From a virus: 64,000 nt of DNA. This document shows positions 1 through 11,081 of the stretch, one piece after another (the stretch's first letter is position 1; the number at the start of each line of letters is the position of its first letter). The notes beneath the pieces are model-generated. The model was given only the letters and a program-made list of their open reading frames with translations, was not told where the DNA came from and did not search any database. The stretch spans positions 51,250 through 115,249 of the IMG/VR virus record IMGVR_UViG_3300042868_004707, one strand, 5' to 3'. The translations under genes were made by a program, and so were the position numbers.

Positions 1-3000
1 AAATCAATAGGAGGTGCACTAAACATGTTAGGGTTACCTACATATGCTGCTTGTGGATTACTTGTATCAATAGTTAATAAGTTATTATACATTAATGATT
101 TGTTTTCAAACCTAGCAAGGATTGCTCTGTTTTGAATACCATCTAATGATATAAGATTTCCATAGTTTTGTGGAAAATCATAAAAAGAAAGAGCTCTGTA
201 TATTAACCAGTTATTCACTTTATTATCTGCATCTGTAAATTGCTTTTCAGAATAAATAGTTCTAAAAGGATAATACGTAGAACAGATTGCATTCCAATCA
301 ATAGGAAGATTCGTAAATGAATTTTCTTTATTTTGTTTTGAGAAAGTTACATTATAATAATATGTATTATCTTGCTCAATAGGAACAAATGATTGTTGCA
401 CCCATGCATCAGGAATACTTGTAGATACATGTGGCCAGAAATCACCTTCTCTATTATTGAATGCTTGTCTAAGATCTAAATTATAAGAACTCTCACAATA
501 GAAATTAGGAACACCATATGCAAACATATAAAAATATCCATCATAATAAGTTAACTCACTAGGTGAATTAATACTAGTGTATTGTGTTGTATCATTAGGA
601 CAATCAAAATTATGAGCTTTATATGAAATAAAGTTTACTAATTGTTGGTTTGCAGCTGTTGCATTACGTAATACACTTCTTGCAGAATGCCAGTATTTTG
701 GATATGCAATGTTTCCAATTGCATCATAAAACACATCTGAATCATCAGGAGCATTCACTCTATTTTGTAAAAAGAAAGGAAGTTTTGTTTTAAATGCAAA
801 TTTACCAATGAATGTATCTCCTCCAAATATAGTGGATTCTGTAGGAGTAAATTGTGAAAATATCACTTGAAACCCTGTATCCACTTTTTCATATGAATAT
901 ATTTGACCCCATTGTCCAGGAACAATATTTTTAATTGATCCATAATATGAAACAACATTAATATCTTGTTCTCTTTGTGGAGTGGCACAAGCATTAGTTC
1001 CTCCAATTGTAAATCTAGAATTATCTTCAATTAAAGAATTCCCTAAGTAAACTAATGAATCTGTTTTACTAGGAAAAGGAAGACTATCATCTGTTTTTAA
1101 ATAGACAGAAGTTTCTCTATTGTAATTATTAATATTATTATCATCACCAACGTTTTGTAATCCAGGAATTAAATATCTTTTTATATCAAGATTTCTTTGT
1201 TTGATTCCTAAATTATTGTATACAGGAGAATGATAACTGTAACTAGCTATAGAATTAAATGAGTATGCATAGTTTTTTCTAGTTATACCATTAATGTATA
1301 TTTCTAAATAAGCTTGATAAGCTGCAAACAATGCAACAATATCTCCTCCAGCAATGTTTGAAGAACTTTGTAATGCAACTTGTTGAGCTTCTTTACTTAA
1401 TAATCTATACTTAGCATTGTCTCTCACTTCAACAAAGTGAGCTCTACCACCACCATACATTACATTCTCAAGCTTTAGTACATCACCTAAGAAAGGTTGT
1501 CCAAAAGATGTTTCTGGAGAATTAAATATTTGTCTGTTTGTAAGAGATTCTGATAATGGAGCTAGAGGTTCTTCTTCTTTACAACCTGGATCTCTTACTT
1601 CAGAATCTTTTGAAAAGTTTTTTCTTTTTCCTCTACCTAATGTAGGAAAAGTTCCAACTCTTACATATATTTTAAGATTATGACCAGAACCTATCCAAGG
1701 ACTTTCTATAGGTCCTTCTACAGCATCATCAAAATATACAGTTATACCAGCTCTACCATTTTCAGCTCCAACAGTCCAAATATCATAATTTGCATATCTA
1801 GAATAAGCTACACATTTTTTATTATCTGGAACATATCCTGGAATTCCTGGTGTAATTTGATAAGAAGCATATCCATAAGCTACAGGACCAGAATTCCATC
1901 TTACTTGTTCCACTTTATTAAATACACCTTCTCCTAAGAATGTAGGTTTTATAATTGAACAAATTTTTAAAGGATTGTTTTCAAGATGAAGTTCATATAT
2001 TTTTCTTATTATTTCTTTGTTTGTATTACAATCAGTATATCTAACTGCTGTATATGGACCTAATTCATCTTCATTATTAAAACTACGAACAATGATATCA
2101 AAAGATTCACATGACTCAAAATATGCATTATTATTAGCATTTAAAAATGCATCTTCACTAAGATCATTATATGGATAGTTTGGATAGTAATATGTTTCTT
2201 CTTCTTTAACATAGCTTCCTACATTACGAAGAATACCTTTAGCAACAATAGATCTATTTGTACTTCTATCACCACGAACAATTTTATATCCTACAATATC
2301 ATCTTTCTCTTCATTTGTTAAATTAGACTCTCTGATTAATTGTATAACCTGTTCGTTGTTAATTTTTATACCAATAGGATAAATTGCACTAGATTGTTGC
2401 ATTTCCACTTGATATCTATCTGAAACAATTACAGGAACAGAAGATTCAAATGAAGGACTAATTAATATATCAGGAAACTTATGATGTCTAATTTGTTGAT
2501 TAGCTAAGTCTCCCCAAACTTCTACATTACAAGGATAAGTTTCTGTAGATTCCCAATAAGCAAATTGACCAAATTGATATGGTCCTTTATAACTAGGCTC
2601 ATCAGAGAATTGTGGAGATATTCCTATTACAGAAGCTGTATTATATATTTTCCAATAAGGAGCAGAAGTTCCTTCTCCTATAAAATCAGGATTGGTGTTT
2701 GGAACATCTGGTTGACTTACTATCTCATTGTTTGTTTGTTTTCTACCTGGAATATGAAAACCATCTGTTTGTTTTCCATTTCTTAATAAGAATACAATCT
2801 CAAGTGCATACACTTCATCACGCAAGTACCCACGTAAGTTTGTTGCATTCACTTCATCTGCATAACTTTCTGTAGAAGGTATTCTCCAACTTTCCCATTG
2901 AAGAGTTATTTGATTAGCTATTTTTTGATAATTCACTCTATCTATTGTAGATAGTTTATCCCAAACTAAAACATCTTGCACTGCAGTTAAATCTCCTGCT

Positions 3001-3962
3001 ACATCATAGTATGGAAACTTTTCAAATATATCATTTATAGAAAGTCTTATATCAGTTTTACTTTGTCCTGTATAAGTTATTTGTTGTGTAAAATTATCTA
3101 TGAAGTATGTTCCAACAAGTTCAACTGATGATATACCATTAATTGTTTTTATTACAGCTAAGTTATAATATTGATACTTTCCTGTTGTATCTAAATTAGT
3201 TATATCAATAACTATTGACTTTCCTACAGGATAGTTAAAATTTACTGTAGTGAAGTCTGGATCTGCAATAGGTGTAGGATTTGTTATAGAATAGAAAGAA
3301 GTGTATGGACTACCTTGTGCATCTGTATATTGTATACCAAATTGATAAGTACCTGCAATTAAATCTCCTCCTGAAATTACATCTATAATTTCTAATTGAG
3401 GAATATTAAAATTAGGTTGTATTTTTAATTTATTACAATCTAATTCATCTAATGTAAGTACACTACAAGAATTAGGAATAATCTCTGTTACATAAGGCAC
3501 ATTATCAATGTCCATATATCTTCTAGGATTAAATCCATCTGTCCAATAAATCTCTGTAGAGCAGTTTGTTATTCTATGAACAACTTTAGGTATAGGATGG
3601 TCAATGTTAAAGTTTAAACAATTAGCATTTACAATTGTTCTGTAAATACAATCATTATTAATCATCTGTCCTATTTCACTTTCTCCTGTAGAAGAGTTAG
3701 CTAAAAAGAAAATAAACTTGTTTCTTTCTTGTATAAAATGACTTCCAATTAAGGAATATCCGTTAGGGAAACTAATACATAATTCATTCCCTGGCTCATT
3801 CTGGTAGTTTACAGAATTAGCATCAAAGTTTTCAACAGCAGCATTCAATGCATATGTAAGTGTGCCTGGTTTAATCTGATTAACAGATTGATCCATGTTC
3901 AGTCCTACAGTGGCATTATTATACTCCTGCTTAATGTTTCCTTGTTGTTGTTCTTCAGCCAT
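1..3962 (-). CDS. Tail muzzle / tail stabilization protein (P22 gp10-like, crAss-type); 3' end runs off the window
   Basis: Absent from the ORF track. ATG at 3962 gives MAEEQQQGNIKQEYNNATVGLNMD...; the same frame reads ...PQAAYVGNPNMFSAPPID at the left edge. Size (>1300 aa) and position after the ring and IHF genes match crAss synteny. Confidence 0.75.
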   Translation of the reverse strand, partial: MAEEQQQGNIKQEYNNATVGLNMDQSVNQIKPGTLTYALNAAVENFDANSVNYQNEPGNELCISFPNGYSLIGSHFIQERNKFIFFLANSSTGESEIGQMINNDCIYRTIVNANCLNFNIDHPIPKVVHRITNCSTEIYWTDGFNPRRYMDIDNVPYVTEIIPNSCSVLTLDELDCNKLKIQPNFNIPQLEIIDVISGGDLIAGTYQFGIQYTDAQGSPYTSFYSITNPTPIADPDFTTVNFNYPVGKSIVIDITNLDTTGKYQYYNLAVIKTINGISSVELVGTYFIDNFTQQITYTGQSKTDIRLSINDIFEKFPYYDVAGDLTAVQDVLVWDKLSTIDRVNYQKIANQITLQWESWRIPSTESYADEVNATNLRGYLRDEVYALEIVFLLRNGKQTDGFHIPGRKQTNNEIVSQPDVPNTNPDFIGEGTSAPYWKIYNTASVIGISPQFSDEPSYKGPYQFGQFAYWESTETYPCNVEVWGDLANQQIRHHKFPDILISPSFESSVPVIVSDRYQVEMQQSSAIYPIGIKINNEQVIQLIRESNLTNEEKDDIVGYKIVRGDRSTNRSIVAKGILRNVGSYVKEEETYYYPNYPYNDLSEDAFLNANNNAYFESCESFDIIVRSFNNEDELGPYTAVRYTDCNTNKEIIRKIYELHLENNPLKICSIIKPTFLGEGVFNKVEQVRWNSGPVAYGYASYQITPGIPGYVPDNKKCVAYSRYANYDIWTVGAENGRAGITVYFDDAVEGPIESPWIGSGHNLKIYVRVGTFPTLGRGKRKNFSKDSEVRDPGCKEEEPLAPLSESLTNRQIFNSPETSFGQPFLGDVLKLENVMYGGGRAHFVEVRDNAKYRLLSKEAQQVALQSSSNIAGGDIVALFAAYQAYLEIYINGITRKNYAYSFNSIASYSYHSPVYNNLGIKQRNLDIKRYLIPGLQNVGDDNNINNYNRETSVYLKTDDSLPFPSKTDSLVYLGNSLIEDNSRFTIGGTNACATPQREQDINVVSYYGSIKNIVPGQWGQIYSYEKVDTGFQVIFSQFTPTESTIFGGDTFIGKFAFKTKLPFFLQNRVNAPDDSDVFYDAIGNIAYPKYWHSARSVLRNATAANQQLVNFISYKAHNFDCPNDTTQYTSINSPSELTYYDGYFYMFAYGVPNFYCESSYNLDLRQAFNNREGDFWPHVSTSIPDAWVQQSFVPIEQDNTYYYNVTFSKQNKENSFTNLPIDWNAICSTYYPFRTIYSEKQFTDADNKVNNWLIYRALSFYDFPQNYGNLISLDGIQNRAILARFENKSLMYNNLLTIDTSNPQAAYVGNPNMFSAPPID

Positions 3963-3967
3963 TGTTA

Positions 3968-4942
3968 TTAATTGTTACGTCTTCTACCATATCTATTAGT
4001 ACGGTTAGGAAGCTCATACATATTAAATCTATTAAGATCGTTTTTAATTCTTCTTTGTTTCTCCCAAGGAGTTTGTTTCTTCATTTCAATCTCAGCCATG
4101 ATGTACGCTTCTTCATAAGCTTGTTTGTGATACATCATTTTTTGTTGCAACTGATTAAAAGTTTCATCATTAGTTTGATTCGTAAGAGTTTCAAACATTT
4201 TAAATTTAATGAATGCTTCTACATATTCTCTAATACGATAATTGTCTGGAATCATTTGATTACCTATTTCATCATATTCTGTAGCATAGAATAATAAATG
4301 TACAACACCATTTCTAAAATTAGTTACAAACTTATTATCTCTAATATCAAAACTATCGTAACTAGCAGCACCAGGAGTGAATTCATGAATAGGAGGAGCT
4401 TCAGCATAGAAGTCCCAATTGTTTGTATATTCCACTCCACAGTTTTGTTTTGCAGATATATTACCAGGTTTAAGTAAATACTGATGAGTAAATCCTCTAG
4501 CAACAGTGTTGTTTGTTTTGTATACAGCTTGTACTAATTCTGGCATACATGTACCATTACATGCAGGATCTTGACAACCTGGTCTATTACAAGGAGTTCC
4601 TCCAATAGTTAATGGAGCCACTTGAATAGTGGTTGCACTAGCAGCTTGTGAATAAAATGAATTAGCTGATTGATATGGATATCCAGAAACTTCTGTACAC
4701 ATCCAAGCTTCTCTTACAGCATAAAAGTTATCAGGAAGTCTAGCTTGAAAATCTTCTACAAACAAGATTTCTTCACTTATTACAAATGTAGTTCTTCCTA
4801 ACTTCTTTAGAGCTTTGTCTAAGTAAGTAGGAAATAAAAGATCATCTATTGCACCAGTATCGAAATAACTTTTAAGTTCTTCTTTAACAGTGGCATAAAC
4901 AGGTTCTGGTGATACGAAATTATATTTATAGTAGTATGACAT
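3968..4942 (-). CDS. Tail tubular / ring protein (crAss-like)
   Basis: 324 aa between the IHF-like gene and the muzzle gene, as in crAss-like phages. Confidence 0.6.
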   Translation of the reverse strand: MSYYYKYNFVSPEPVYATVKEELKSYFDTGAIDDLLFPTYLDKALKKLGRTTFVISEEILFVEDFQARLPDNFYAVREAWMCTEVSGYPYQSANSFYSQAASATTIQVAPLTIGGTPCNRPGCQDPACNGTCMPELVQAVYKTNNTVARGFTHQYLLKPGNISAKQNCGVEYTNNWDFYAEAPPIHEFTPGAASYDSFDIRDNKFVTNFRNGVVHLLFYATEYDEIGNQMIPDNYRIREYVEAFIKFKMFETLTNQTNDETFNQLQQKMMYHKQAYEEAYIMAEIEMKKQTPWEKQRRIKNDLNRFNMYELPNRTNRYGRRRNN

Positions 4943-4948
4943 AGTTTA

Positions 4949-5428
4949 TTATTTTTTCCATTCACGATAAATGTGTTGATACTTGTCGTTGGTTTTTAAG
5001 TAATGTGACAATAGTCTTGATGTAAGTCTAGAAGGTTTGAAATACCATAGATCAGAATGTTTAAATCGTGCTGTTGACTTAAACCACATCCAACCAAAGA
5101 AATATCCTTCTGTGTGATAATTGAAGTTGTATATAACCTTACCTTTCTCTTTAGTTTTTTGCCAGTCAATAGGTAAGTTTACAAACTCTTTACCATCTAT
5201 ATTATTTTTTAGTTTTCTTCTTTTCTTTTTATTGATTGAGAACTCTCCAAACCCATAAGGTAGTTTTGCTTTATCACCTGTTTCTAAAATGTATTCTTTA
5301 AATAACTCATTGAATGTATAGAGAATATTTCTCCACTCATCATATGTAAGTTTTATAGAAGGGTGTTTTTTGCAAAACTGATTATAGTTTTCTTTACTAG
5401 AGCTTCTCCAATCAATCTTCGTTCTCAT
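4949..5428 (-). CDS. IHF/HU-like DNA-binding protein
   Basis: Basic 159 aa with LPYGFGEFSINKKKRRK (HU/IHF GFGxF arm); conserved crAss position. Confidence 0.7.
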   Translation of the reverse strand: MRTKIDWRSSSKENYNQFCKKHPSIKLTYDEWRNILYTFNELFKEYILETGDKAKLPYGFGEFSINKKKRRKLKNNIDGKEFVNLPIDWQKTKEKGKVIYNFNYHTEGYFFGWMWFKSTARFKHSDLWYFKPSRLTSRLLSHYLKTNDKYQHIYREWKK

Positions 5429-6156
5429 TAACTATTTGGTTTTGAGTTAGGTGCTTGTCCATCTATTCCTTCTGCACTCATGTCTGTTTTAAGATTGAAG
5501 TATGTAGATAAAAGTTTTTGAGATGTAAGTTCTAATGTTTGCTGTTCCAAGTATCCAGGAAGAGGAAACTCTTTATCTAATGGATTCTTACATATCTCAT
5601 CTAATGTATACTCTGGAGATCCACATCCACATTCTGGATACATGATTTCATTATTTACATCTTCTTCAAATAAAGCTACAAATCGAATTGATTTAAGTAA
5701 AGGATTGTTTACATATAGATATCCATTAGATATCCAGAAGTATTCTTCTTTCTTGATTATAGGAAGCTTTAATAGATTGATGTATCTGTTTACAGTGATC
5801 TCTTTTAATTTCTTTCCTGTACCACCCATAGCATTAATAGAATAAACTCCTTGTATTACATATTGGTAATTACCTTCTGATATACGTGGGAGTTTAAGTT
5901 TTGTTCTTGCAATAGTACATTCATCTACATAGTTACAACATTCAGAGATGGGTACTTCTATCATCTCTAAACATGGAATAGTAGTGAACAATGTGTCAGT
6001 TGCCCAAAGTTTTCTAAGATTGGTTTCTCTTTTAATAAGTAATAAAGCATTGTTTCTAATCTCAGAAGCAATTGCACGGTCAGTTATAAGAGAGTCAGTC
6101 GATAATATTTTATGAACTGAACGAACGTCACTAACAAGTTTTCTTAATGTTGCCAT
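5428..6156 (-). CDS. Virion ring (neck) protein, crAss-like
   Basis: 242 aa; synteny upstream of IHF and tail tubular genes. Confidence 0.5.
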   Translation of the reverse strand: MATLRKLVSDVRSVHKILSTDSLITDRAIASEIRNNALLLIKRETNLRKLWATDTLFTTIPCLEMIEVPISECCNYVDECTIARTKLKLPRISEGNYQYVIQGVYSINAMGGTGKKLKEITVNRYINLLKLPIIKKEEYFWISNGYLYVNNPLLKSIRFVALFEEDVNNEIMYPECGCGSPEYTLDEICKNPLDKEFPLPGYLEQQTLELTSQKLLSTYFNLKTDMSAEGIDGQAPNSKPNS

Positions 6157-6650
6157 TTTTCTAAATAAATTATTGCGTTATTTAATAATTTTTTATCATC
6201 TTTAAAGTTTCCAAGAGCTAAATTACAATTATGACATAATATTCCTCTTATTTTATTAGAAACATGACAATGGTCAATATATAAATCTCTTTTATATTTT
6301 ATAAAATGTTCTTTTCTTGATAAAGAACATATACTACATTTATTATCATCTCTTAATAATAAAGAATCAAATTCTTCTGGAGTTAATTTATATGGTCTTA
6401 ATCTACTTTTAGTTCTTCTTTCTGGATTATTTTTCCAATCTTCTTTAGATTTTACACTTAACTTTTCTTTATTTTTTACATAATGTTTTCTTGATAACTC
6501 TTTAGCTTTATCTTGATTGTTATCATAATACAACTTAGCTGTTTTAGAAGTGCATTGTTTACATATAGATTTTAAACCATCTCCATTATGAGAATTTTTA
6601 TAAAAATCATCAGTACTTTTATTTATTTTACATCGATTGCAAACTTTCAT
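6144..6650 (-). CDS. HNH homing endonuclease, endonuclease VII family
   Basis: CxxC pairs and IDHCHVSNKIRGILCHNCNLALG; likely start MKVCNRC at 6650 (ORF track starts at 6701). Confidence 0.85.
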   Translation of the reverse strand: MKVCNRCKINKSTDDFYKNSHNGDGLKSICKQCTSKTAKLYYDNNQDKAKELSRKHYVKNKEKLSVKSKEDWKNNPERRTKSRLRPYKLTPEEFDSLLLRDDNKCSICSLSRKEHFIKYKRDLYIDHCHVSNKIRGILCHNCNLALGNFKDDKKLLNNAIIYLEKWQH

Positions 6651-6654
6651 AACT

Positions 6655-7869
6655 TTAAATTCTTTCTTCAAATTCGGCAACTTTACCTTTAATAGAATCA
6701 TACACTAAAACTAATGCACAACGGATACTGTGTACGAAATTATTATCTAAGTGCCATCTATCTGTTCCAGATAAGCTAGGCATTTGTTGTATTCTTACTC
6801 CCTTCACTTCTTTAGCCATATAGTGATGTTTATCACCTGTATGAACTTCTCTGTAAACAGCATCACCAAATTGATGACTATATTTAGAATGTGTTGCAAA
6901 TAATAATGGAAGATCTTCTATCTTACAATTACCATGATGCCATCCAATAAATGTATTTCCTAATGTGATTCCTTTTATAACAGAATGTTCTCTTATAAAC
7001 TCTACATCTAATTCATCTCTAAAGAACACATCTAATGCATGTGCTAGATAATAAGATTTAGTTCTATCATGGTTTCCTTGTACAAGAACAACAGTTACAT
7101 TGTTACAATGTTGTCTCAACATATTAATTGTATCTACAAGAATAGCAAAGCCTAATTCATACTCTTCTGCATAATCCATTATAGTGTCTTGTGGAGTACC
7201 GTTTGTAGTTTGGTGTTGATAATTATCAGTGTGAAAATAATCGTTGGATATAGGAAGAATGATATTGTTTACATTGTAATTACTAGTCACTTTCTCAATC
7301 AAAGACTGAGCCACACTAACATATCTTAAAACTCTTGTAGTTATGTCATTATCACCATCCACTGTTCTTTTAGCTAAATGATAATCAGATATAGAGATTT
7401 CTACATCTACAAAGTCTTTATCTACAAAACGATCTACTTTGGTGATTGATACATTATTTGGTTTGTAGTTTTCTAAAAATCTTGCAAAGTCTTCAGGAGA
7501 GTAATCTTTTGCTTCTTTTCTTTTTGAAAAGATTGAGGAAGTGAATTTACCATTAGGTAATAATTTAGACCAGTAGTTTGTTATAACATACTTATCTAAG
7601 TTTATCTTATGTAACTTAGCTAGTTCAATGTCATCTTTAGGTTCAAAGTCTGTAACTATTGTACTTTCTATTGTACCTTTTTCAACATTCACTTTGCGTT
7701 CTCCTGCAATAGTTTTTATTACATCTTCATTATCTTTTTCTCTAAGTTCTTTCATGAGCTCATTGACCTCAAATTCACTTATCCCTAGTTTCTCAGCATA
7801 GAACTTTTTACTTTTCTTCTGACTTAATAACTCTTCTAATCGGTTCAATAAACTTTGATTTTCAGACAT
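6655..7869 (-). CDS. Calcineurin-like metallophosphoesterase with N-terminal HTH-like segment
   Basis: SDYHL, NDYFH, GNHD, HHGN and TGDKHH motifs. Confidence 0.8.
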   Translation of the reverse strand: MSENQSLLNRLEELLSQKKSKKFYAEKLGISEFEVNELMKELREKDNEDVIKTIAGERKVNVEKGTIESTIVTDFEPKDDIELAKLHKINLDKYVITNYWSKLLPNGKFTSSIFSKRKEAKDYSPEDFARFLENYKPNNVSITKVDRFVDKDFVDVEISISDYHLAKRTVDGDNDITTRVLRYVSVAQSLIEKVTSNYNVNNIILPISNDYFHTDNYQHQTTNGTPQDTIMDYAEEYELGFAILVDTINMLRQHCNNVTVVLVQGNHDRTKSYYLAHALDVFFRDELDVEFIREHSVIKGITLGNTFIGWHHGNCKIEDLPLLFATHSKYSHQFGDAVYREVHTGDKHHYMAKEVKGVRIQQMPSLSGTDRWHLDNNFVHSIRCALVLVYDSIKGKVAEFEERI

Positions 7870-7898
7870 ATTTGCTCATGTTAGTTAAAAAAATATTG

Positions 7899-7931
7899 TA
7901 AAGATAATTAATAGTTTTTATATATTCCAAA
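7899..7931 (-). promoter_or_regulatory. Bacteroidota sigma70-type promoter
   Basis: TTTG-N21-TATCTTTA upstream of the phosphoesterase. Confidence 0.5.
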
Positions 7932-8044
7932 TAATTTTAGTTAGAGACTTAATTCTTTATAATTAAAATAGTTAGAAACAAAAACTCCCCAAGAAAAACC
8001 TTGAGGAGAAATCTTGTAAAACCAACAAAACAAGATTTTTTATT

Positions 8045-8326
8045 TTAAATAGGTATAGTAGTAGTACTAGTTGTTGTAGGACTAACTGTTGTTGTAGTGG
8101 TAGTTGTAGATTCTAATAAAATATCTACATAGTTTGTGCACACCCCATTAGATTTAATTCTAACAGTAGTAGTATAATCAGGAACTAATGCAGAAGAATA
8201 TCCTGCAAGCAATGCTGATTTAGAAACTCCTGATTCAAAAGCTGACACATATCCATCTAGATTTGAATATAAATCAAATGGACCTGAATCACTTCCTGCG
8301 GTTGTTAATGTTATTAATATTGTCAT
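8045..8326 (-). CDS. Small putative virion protein with poly-Thr tail
   Basis: 93 aa ending STTTTTTTVSPTTTSTTTIPI. Confidence 0.6.
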   Translation of the reverse strand: MTILITLTTAGSDSGPFDLYSNLDGYVSAFESGVSKSALLAGYSSALVPDYTTTVRIKSNGVCTNYVDILLESTTTTTTTVSPTTTSTTTIPI

Positions 8327-8345
8327 ATTATATTATTTTAAATTA

Positions 8346-9518
8346 TTAAATACAATAGCTTATTGGATATTCAATACGTCCATCTGTTCTAATTTCTACA
8401 TATCCTGAAGCATCTCCAAGTATTTGTATATGCCAAAATCTATTATTTCCATTAAAAGGACTAGAACCATCAGGATTTATGTACGCATATTTATTAAGAC
8501 CAACATTTTTGATATATAATGTGGTAGTTAATTCATAAGTACAAGTATCTGGTGAATTAGTTGCTTTACTTTCAGTAGATATTAACATAGGTGCAATACA
8601 ACATTCATTAAGTTTTATAGGATCTGGTAAAGGAGTAATCTCTGAATCTATTTCTATATATTGTGAAATATATGGATTAGTTCTACTTACACAAATAGTT
8701 TCAGTTCCAACTTTATTAAATGAGAATGTGTAATACTCATTAGAAAAACAAGCTTCATCTACATACACGTAAACTGTATTATTATCACTATCGTCTAATT
8801 GTTCTTGAGTTACAGTAACTTCATAAACATAACAATCGCAATATATAGTGGTTGTGGTGGTCGTAGTTGGTACTACAGTAGTGCTTGTAGTAGTTGTTGT
8901 GATACATTCTCCAATTACGTATATATCACCTTCTCCACATGAAAATGTAGGAGTTGGAGCTGTTGATAGTACACAAAATGTAGGAAGATCTCCTGTACCA
9001 ACCTCTGCTGTTTGAACATCTCCATAACAATCTGTATATTCAAATATTGCATATAGTTTTCCTGGACAGTTTATACTTACATTAACTTCATAATTTAAAC
9101 AAGATGACACAACAGTTGTTGTGGTTGTAGTTGTACTAGAAGAAGAAGAAGTAGTAGTGGTTGATGTTGAACTACTGCTACTAGTTGTAGTTGTAGTTAC
9201 AGGTAATGTAGTGGTGGTTGTAGTTGTTGGAGGTAATGTTGTTGTAGTTGTAGTAGTTGGACAACATACATTTAATTGACTATATATGTTAGTTATATCT
9301 TCTGTAATAACCATTACATCTTCTGTAAGATTTATCACATTTTCCGTAATAGAATCAACATCAGCTTTAACTTCACATATAACAGCATCAAATTTAGCAA
9401 GAATAGTATTTAATCCATCACACGTACTTACATCTGTACAAGGAAGTGGAGTGCTATCATATTTGACAGCACTCGTTCCTATTATACTTGTGTTATTTAT
9501 TTGAGAGCAATTAGCCAT
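8346..9518 (-). CDS. Cys/Thr-rich putative fibre protein
   Basis: N-terminal YDSTPLPC...CDGLNTILAKFD module shared with neighbours, coiled coil, long Thr/Ser tracts. Confidence 0.55.
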   Translation of the reverse strand: MANCSQINNTSIIGTSAVKYDSTPLPCTDVSTCDGLNTILAKFDAVICEVKADVDSITENVINLTEDVMVITEDITNIYSQLNVCCPTTTTTTTLPPTTTTTTTLPVTTTTTSSSSSTSTTTTSSSSSTTTTTTTVVSSCLNYEVNVSINCPGKLYAIFEYTDCYGDVQTAEVGTGDLPTFCVLSTAPTPTFSCGEGDIYVIGECITTTTTSTTVVPTTTTTTTIYCDCYVYEVTVTQEQLDDSDNNTVYVYVDEACFSNEYYTFSFNKVGTETICVSRTNPYISQYIEIDSEITPLPDPIKLNECCIAPMLISTESKATNSPDTCTYELTTTLYIKNVGLNKYAYINPDGSSPFNGNNRFWHIQILGDASGYVEIRTDGRIEYPISYCI

Positions 9519-9525
9519 TTTATTT

Positions 9526-9909
9526 TTAAATTAAAGTGGTAGTTGTAGTGGTTGTTGCAGAACAACATTCATCTAATCTATTGTATATATCAACTATATC
9601 ACCATTGATGTCAATCACTTGATTAGTGATGTTTGTAACTTGGTTAGTTAGATAATTTATCTGCGTTATCAAATTACAAATAATCTCATCTATCTTTTGT
9701 AACACTACATTAAGTGTATCACATGGTTCAGCCACTATACATGGTAATTCAGGACCATCATAGACAATAGTACTAGATATAGTTAAATGAGTGCTACATG
9801 GATTGTTGTTGTTACAACTACTATTGGTAATTGTAGAACTACACCCACAAGGACTATTTAAGACTACGTCTGTACAACAAGGATTGACTGGTAAAAAAGG
9901 ATATGCCAT
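9526..9909 (-). CDS. Cys-rich putative fibre protein with poly-Thr tail
   Basis: YDGPELPC...CDTLNVVLQKID module paralogous to 8346..9518. Confidence 0.55.
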   Translation of the reverse strand: MAYPFLPVNPCCTDVVLNSPCGCSSTITNSSCNNNNPCSTHLTISSTIVYDGPELPCIVAEPCDTLNVVLQKIDEIICNLITQINYLTNQVTNITNQVIDINGDIVDIYNRLDECCSATTTTTTTLI

Positions 9910-9921
9910 TTTGATAAGTTG

Positions 9922-11061
9922 TTAAGGTATATAAATAATATAACGACAACCAATTGATGGTTGAATATTTGAGTGAGCTAAACCTCCACCAAATGGTGCA
10001 GCACTAGAACTTACACTTACAGTTACACCTGTTTCTTCATTAGATGTTTCATAAATTTGACCATTTCCTGTACCAGTTCCACTGATTATTGCACTAGAAG
10101 GAGTTGTTACAAAAGGAATAATATCATTTGTAGATCTTAAAGTATTTGTAGGATTAGTAGAATCATCAGAAAACTTATGTCTATGTCCATCATCTGTAAC
10201 TGTTACAGCATTTGTAATAGCATGTGTATGTGAAGGAATTTGATTATCGTTTAATACAATTTGATTTGCTCCTGTGACAGTTCCTATAGAATAATTAGGA
10301 TTACCTGCAATAGTAGGATCAACTGCTGCTGCCATTGTTCCTCCTAACATTGTACCATCTGTAACACCAACTAATGTTCTACCTCTTAAATCAGGAGTAC
10401 CATTATTACCATTACATAAATAAATATTAATCCAATCTCCTGTACCAGCTCCAGATCCATTAAAATATGTTATTGGACCATAATAAGGAACAGCAGCATA
10501 AGGAACCATTCTGTTTTTGATTAATGAACCTTCACCAGAACCATCTAGATAAGCTTGAATCAAAGCATCTAATTCATCTATTTGCACATATGTGTTAGGT
10601 AAGTTAAGTAGAAGTCCATTAAAATCTGTTTTTAATGTACACAATGTATTAATTGTAACTTGTAATATAGAATGTGTACCAGAAGATGATGTAACTCCTG
10701 CTAAACAATTTGTTGTGTAAGGAGCTTCTATAACATTAATAGCTTCATCTAATAAATCTAATTCTTCCTGTAATTTACATGTAGCTTTAATTAAAGCAAT
10801 AGAAAGATCTAATACATTAATGTCTCTACACGTTGGAAGATATTGTTTCACTACATCACAAATAATTGATGAGTTAATATCTAATATAATTCCTGTACCA
10901 TCTAATGTAGATGTAAGAAACGTAATTAATGCTTGTTCTACAAAAGATAGAGAATCACCAGTTTGAATTCCTAAGACAGGAACATCAATTCCTGTATATC
11001 TAACACATCTGTCAGAGACAATCTCTGTACATCCGTTATAACAATTTGAGCAATTGGACAT
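9922..11061 (-). CDS. Tail fibre protein with phage tail-collar domain
   Basis: LCNGNNGTPDLRGRTLVG, QIPSHTH and HSNIQPSIGCRYII are typical collar-fibre motifs. Confidence 0.8.
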   Translation of the reverse strand: MSNCSNCYNGCTEIVSDRCVRYTGIDVPVLGIQTGDSLSFVEQALITFLTSTLDGTGIILDINSSIICDVVKQYLPTCRDINVLDLSIALIKATCKLQEELDLLDEAINVIEAPYTTNCLAGVTSSSGTHSILQVTINTLCTLKTDFNGLLLNLPNTYVQIDELDALIQAYLDGSGEGSLIKNRMVPYAAVPYYGPITYFNGSGAGTGDWINIYLCNGNNGTPDLRGRTLVGVTDGTMLGGTMAAAVDPTIAGNPNYSIGTVTGANQIVLNDNQIPSHTHAITNAVTVTDDGHRHKFSDDSTNPTNTLRSTNDIIPFVTTPSSAIISGTGTGNGQIYETSNEETGVTVSVSSSAAPFGGGLAHSNIQPSIGCRYIIYIP

Positions 11062-11081
11062 ATTATTTTATTTTAAAAAGT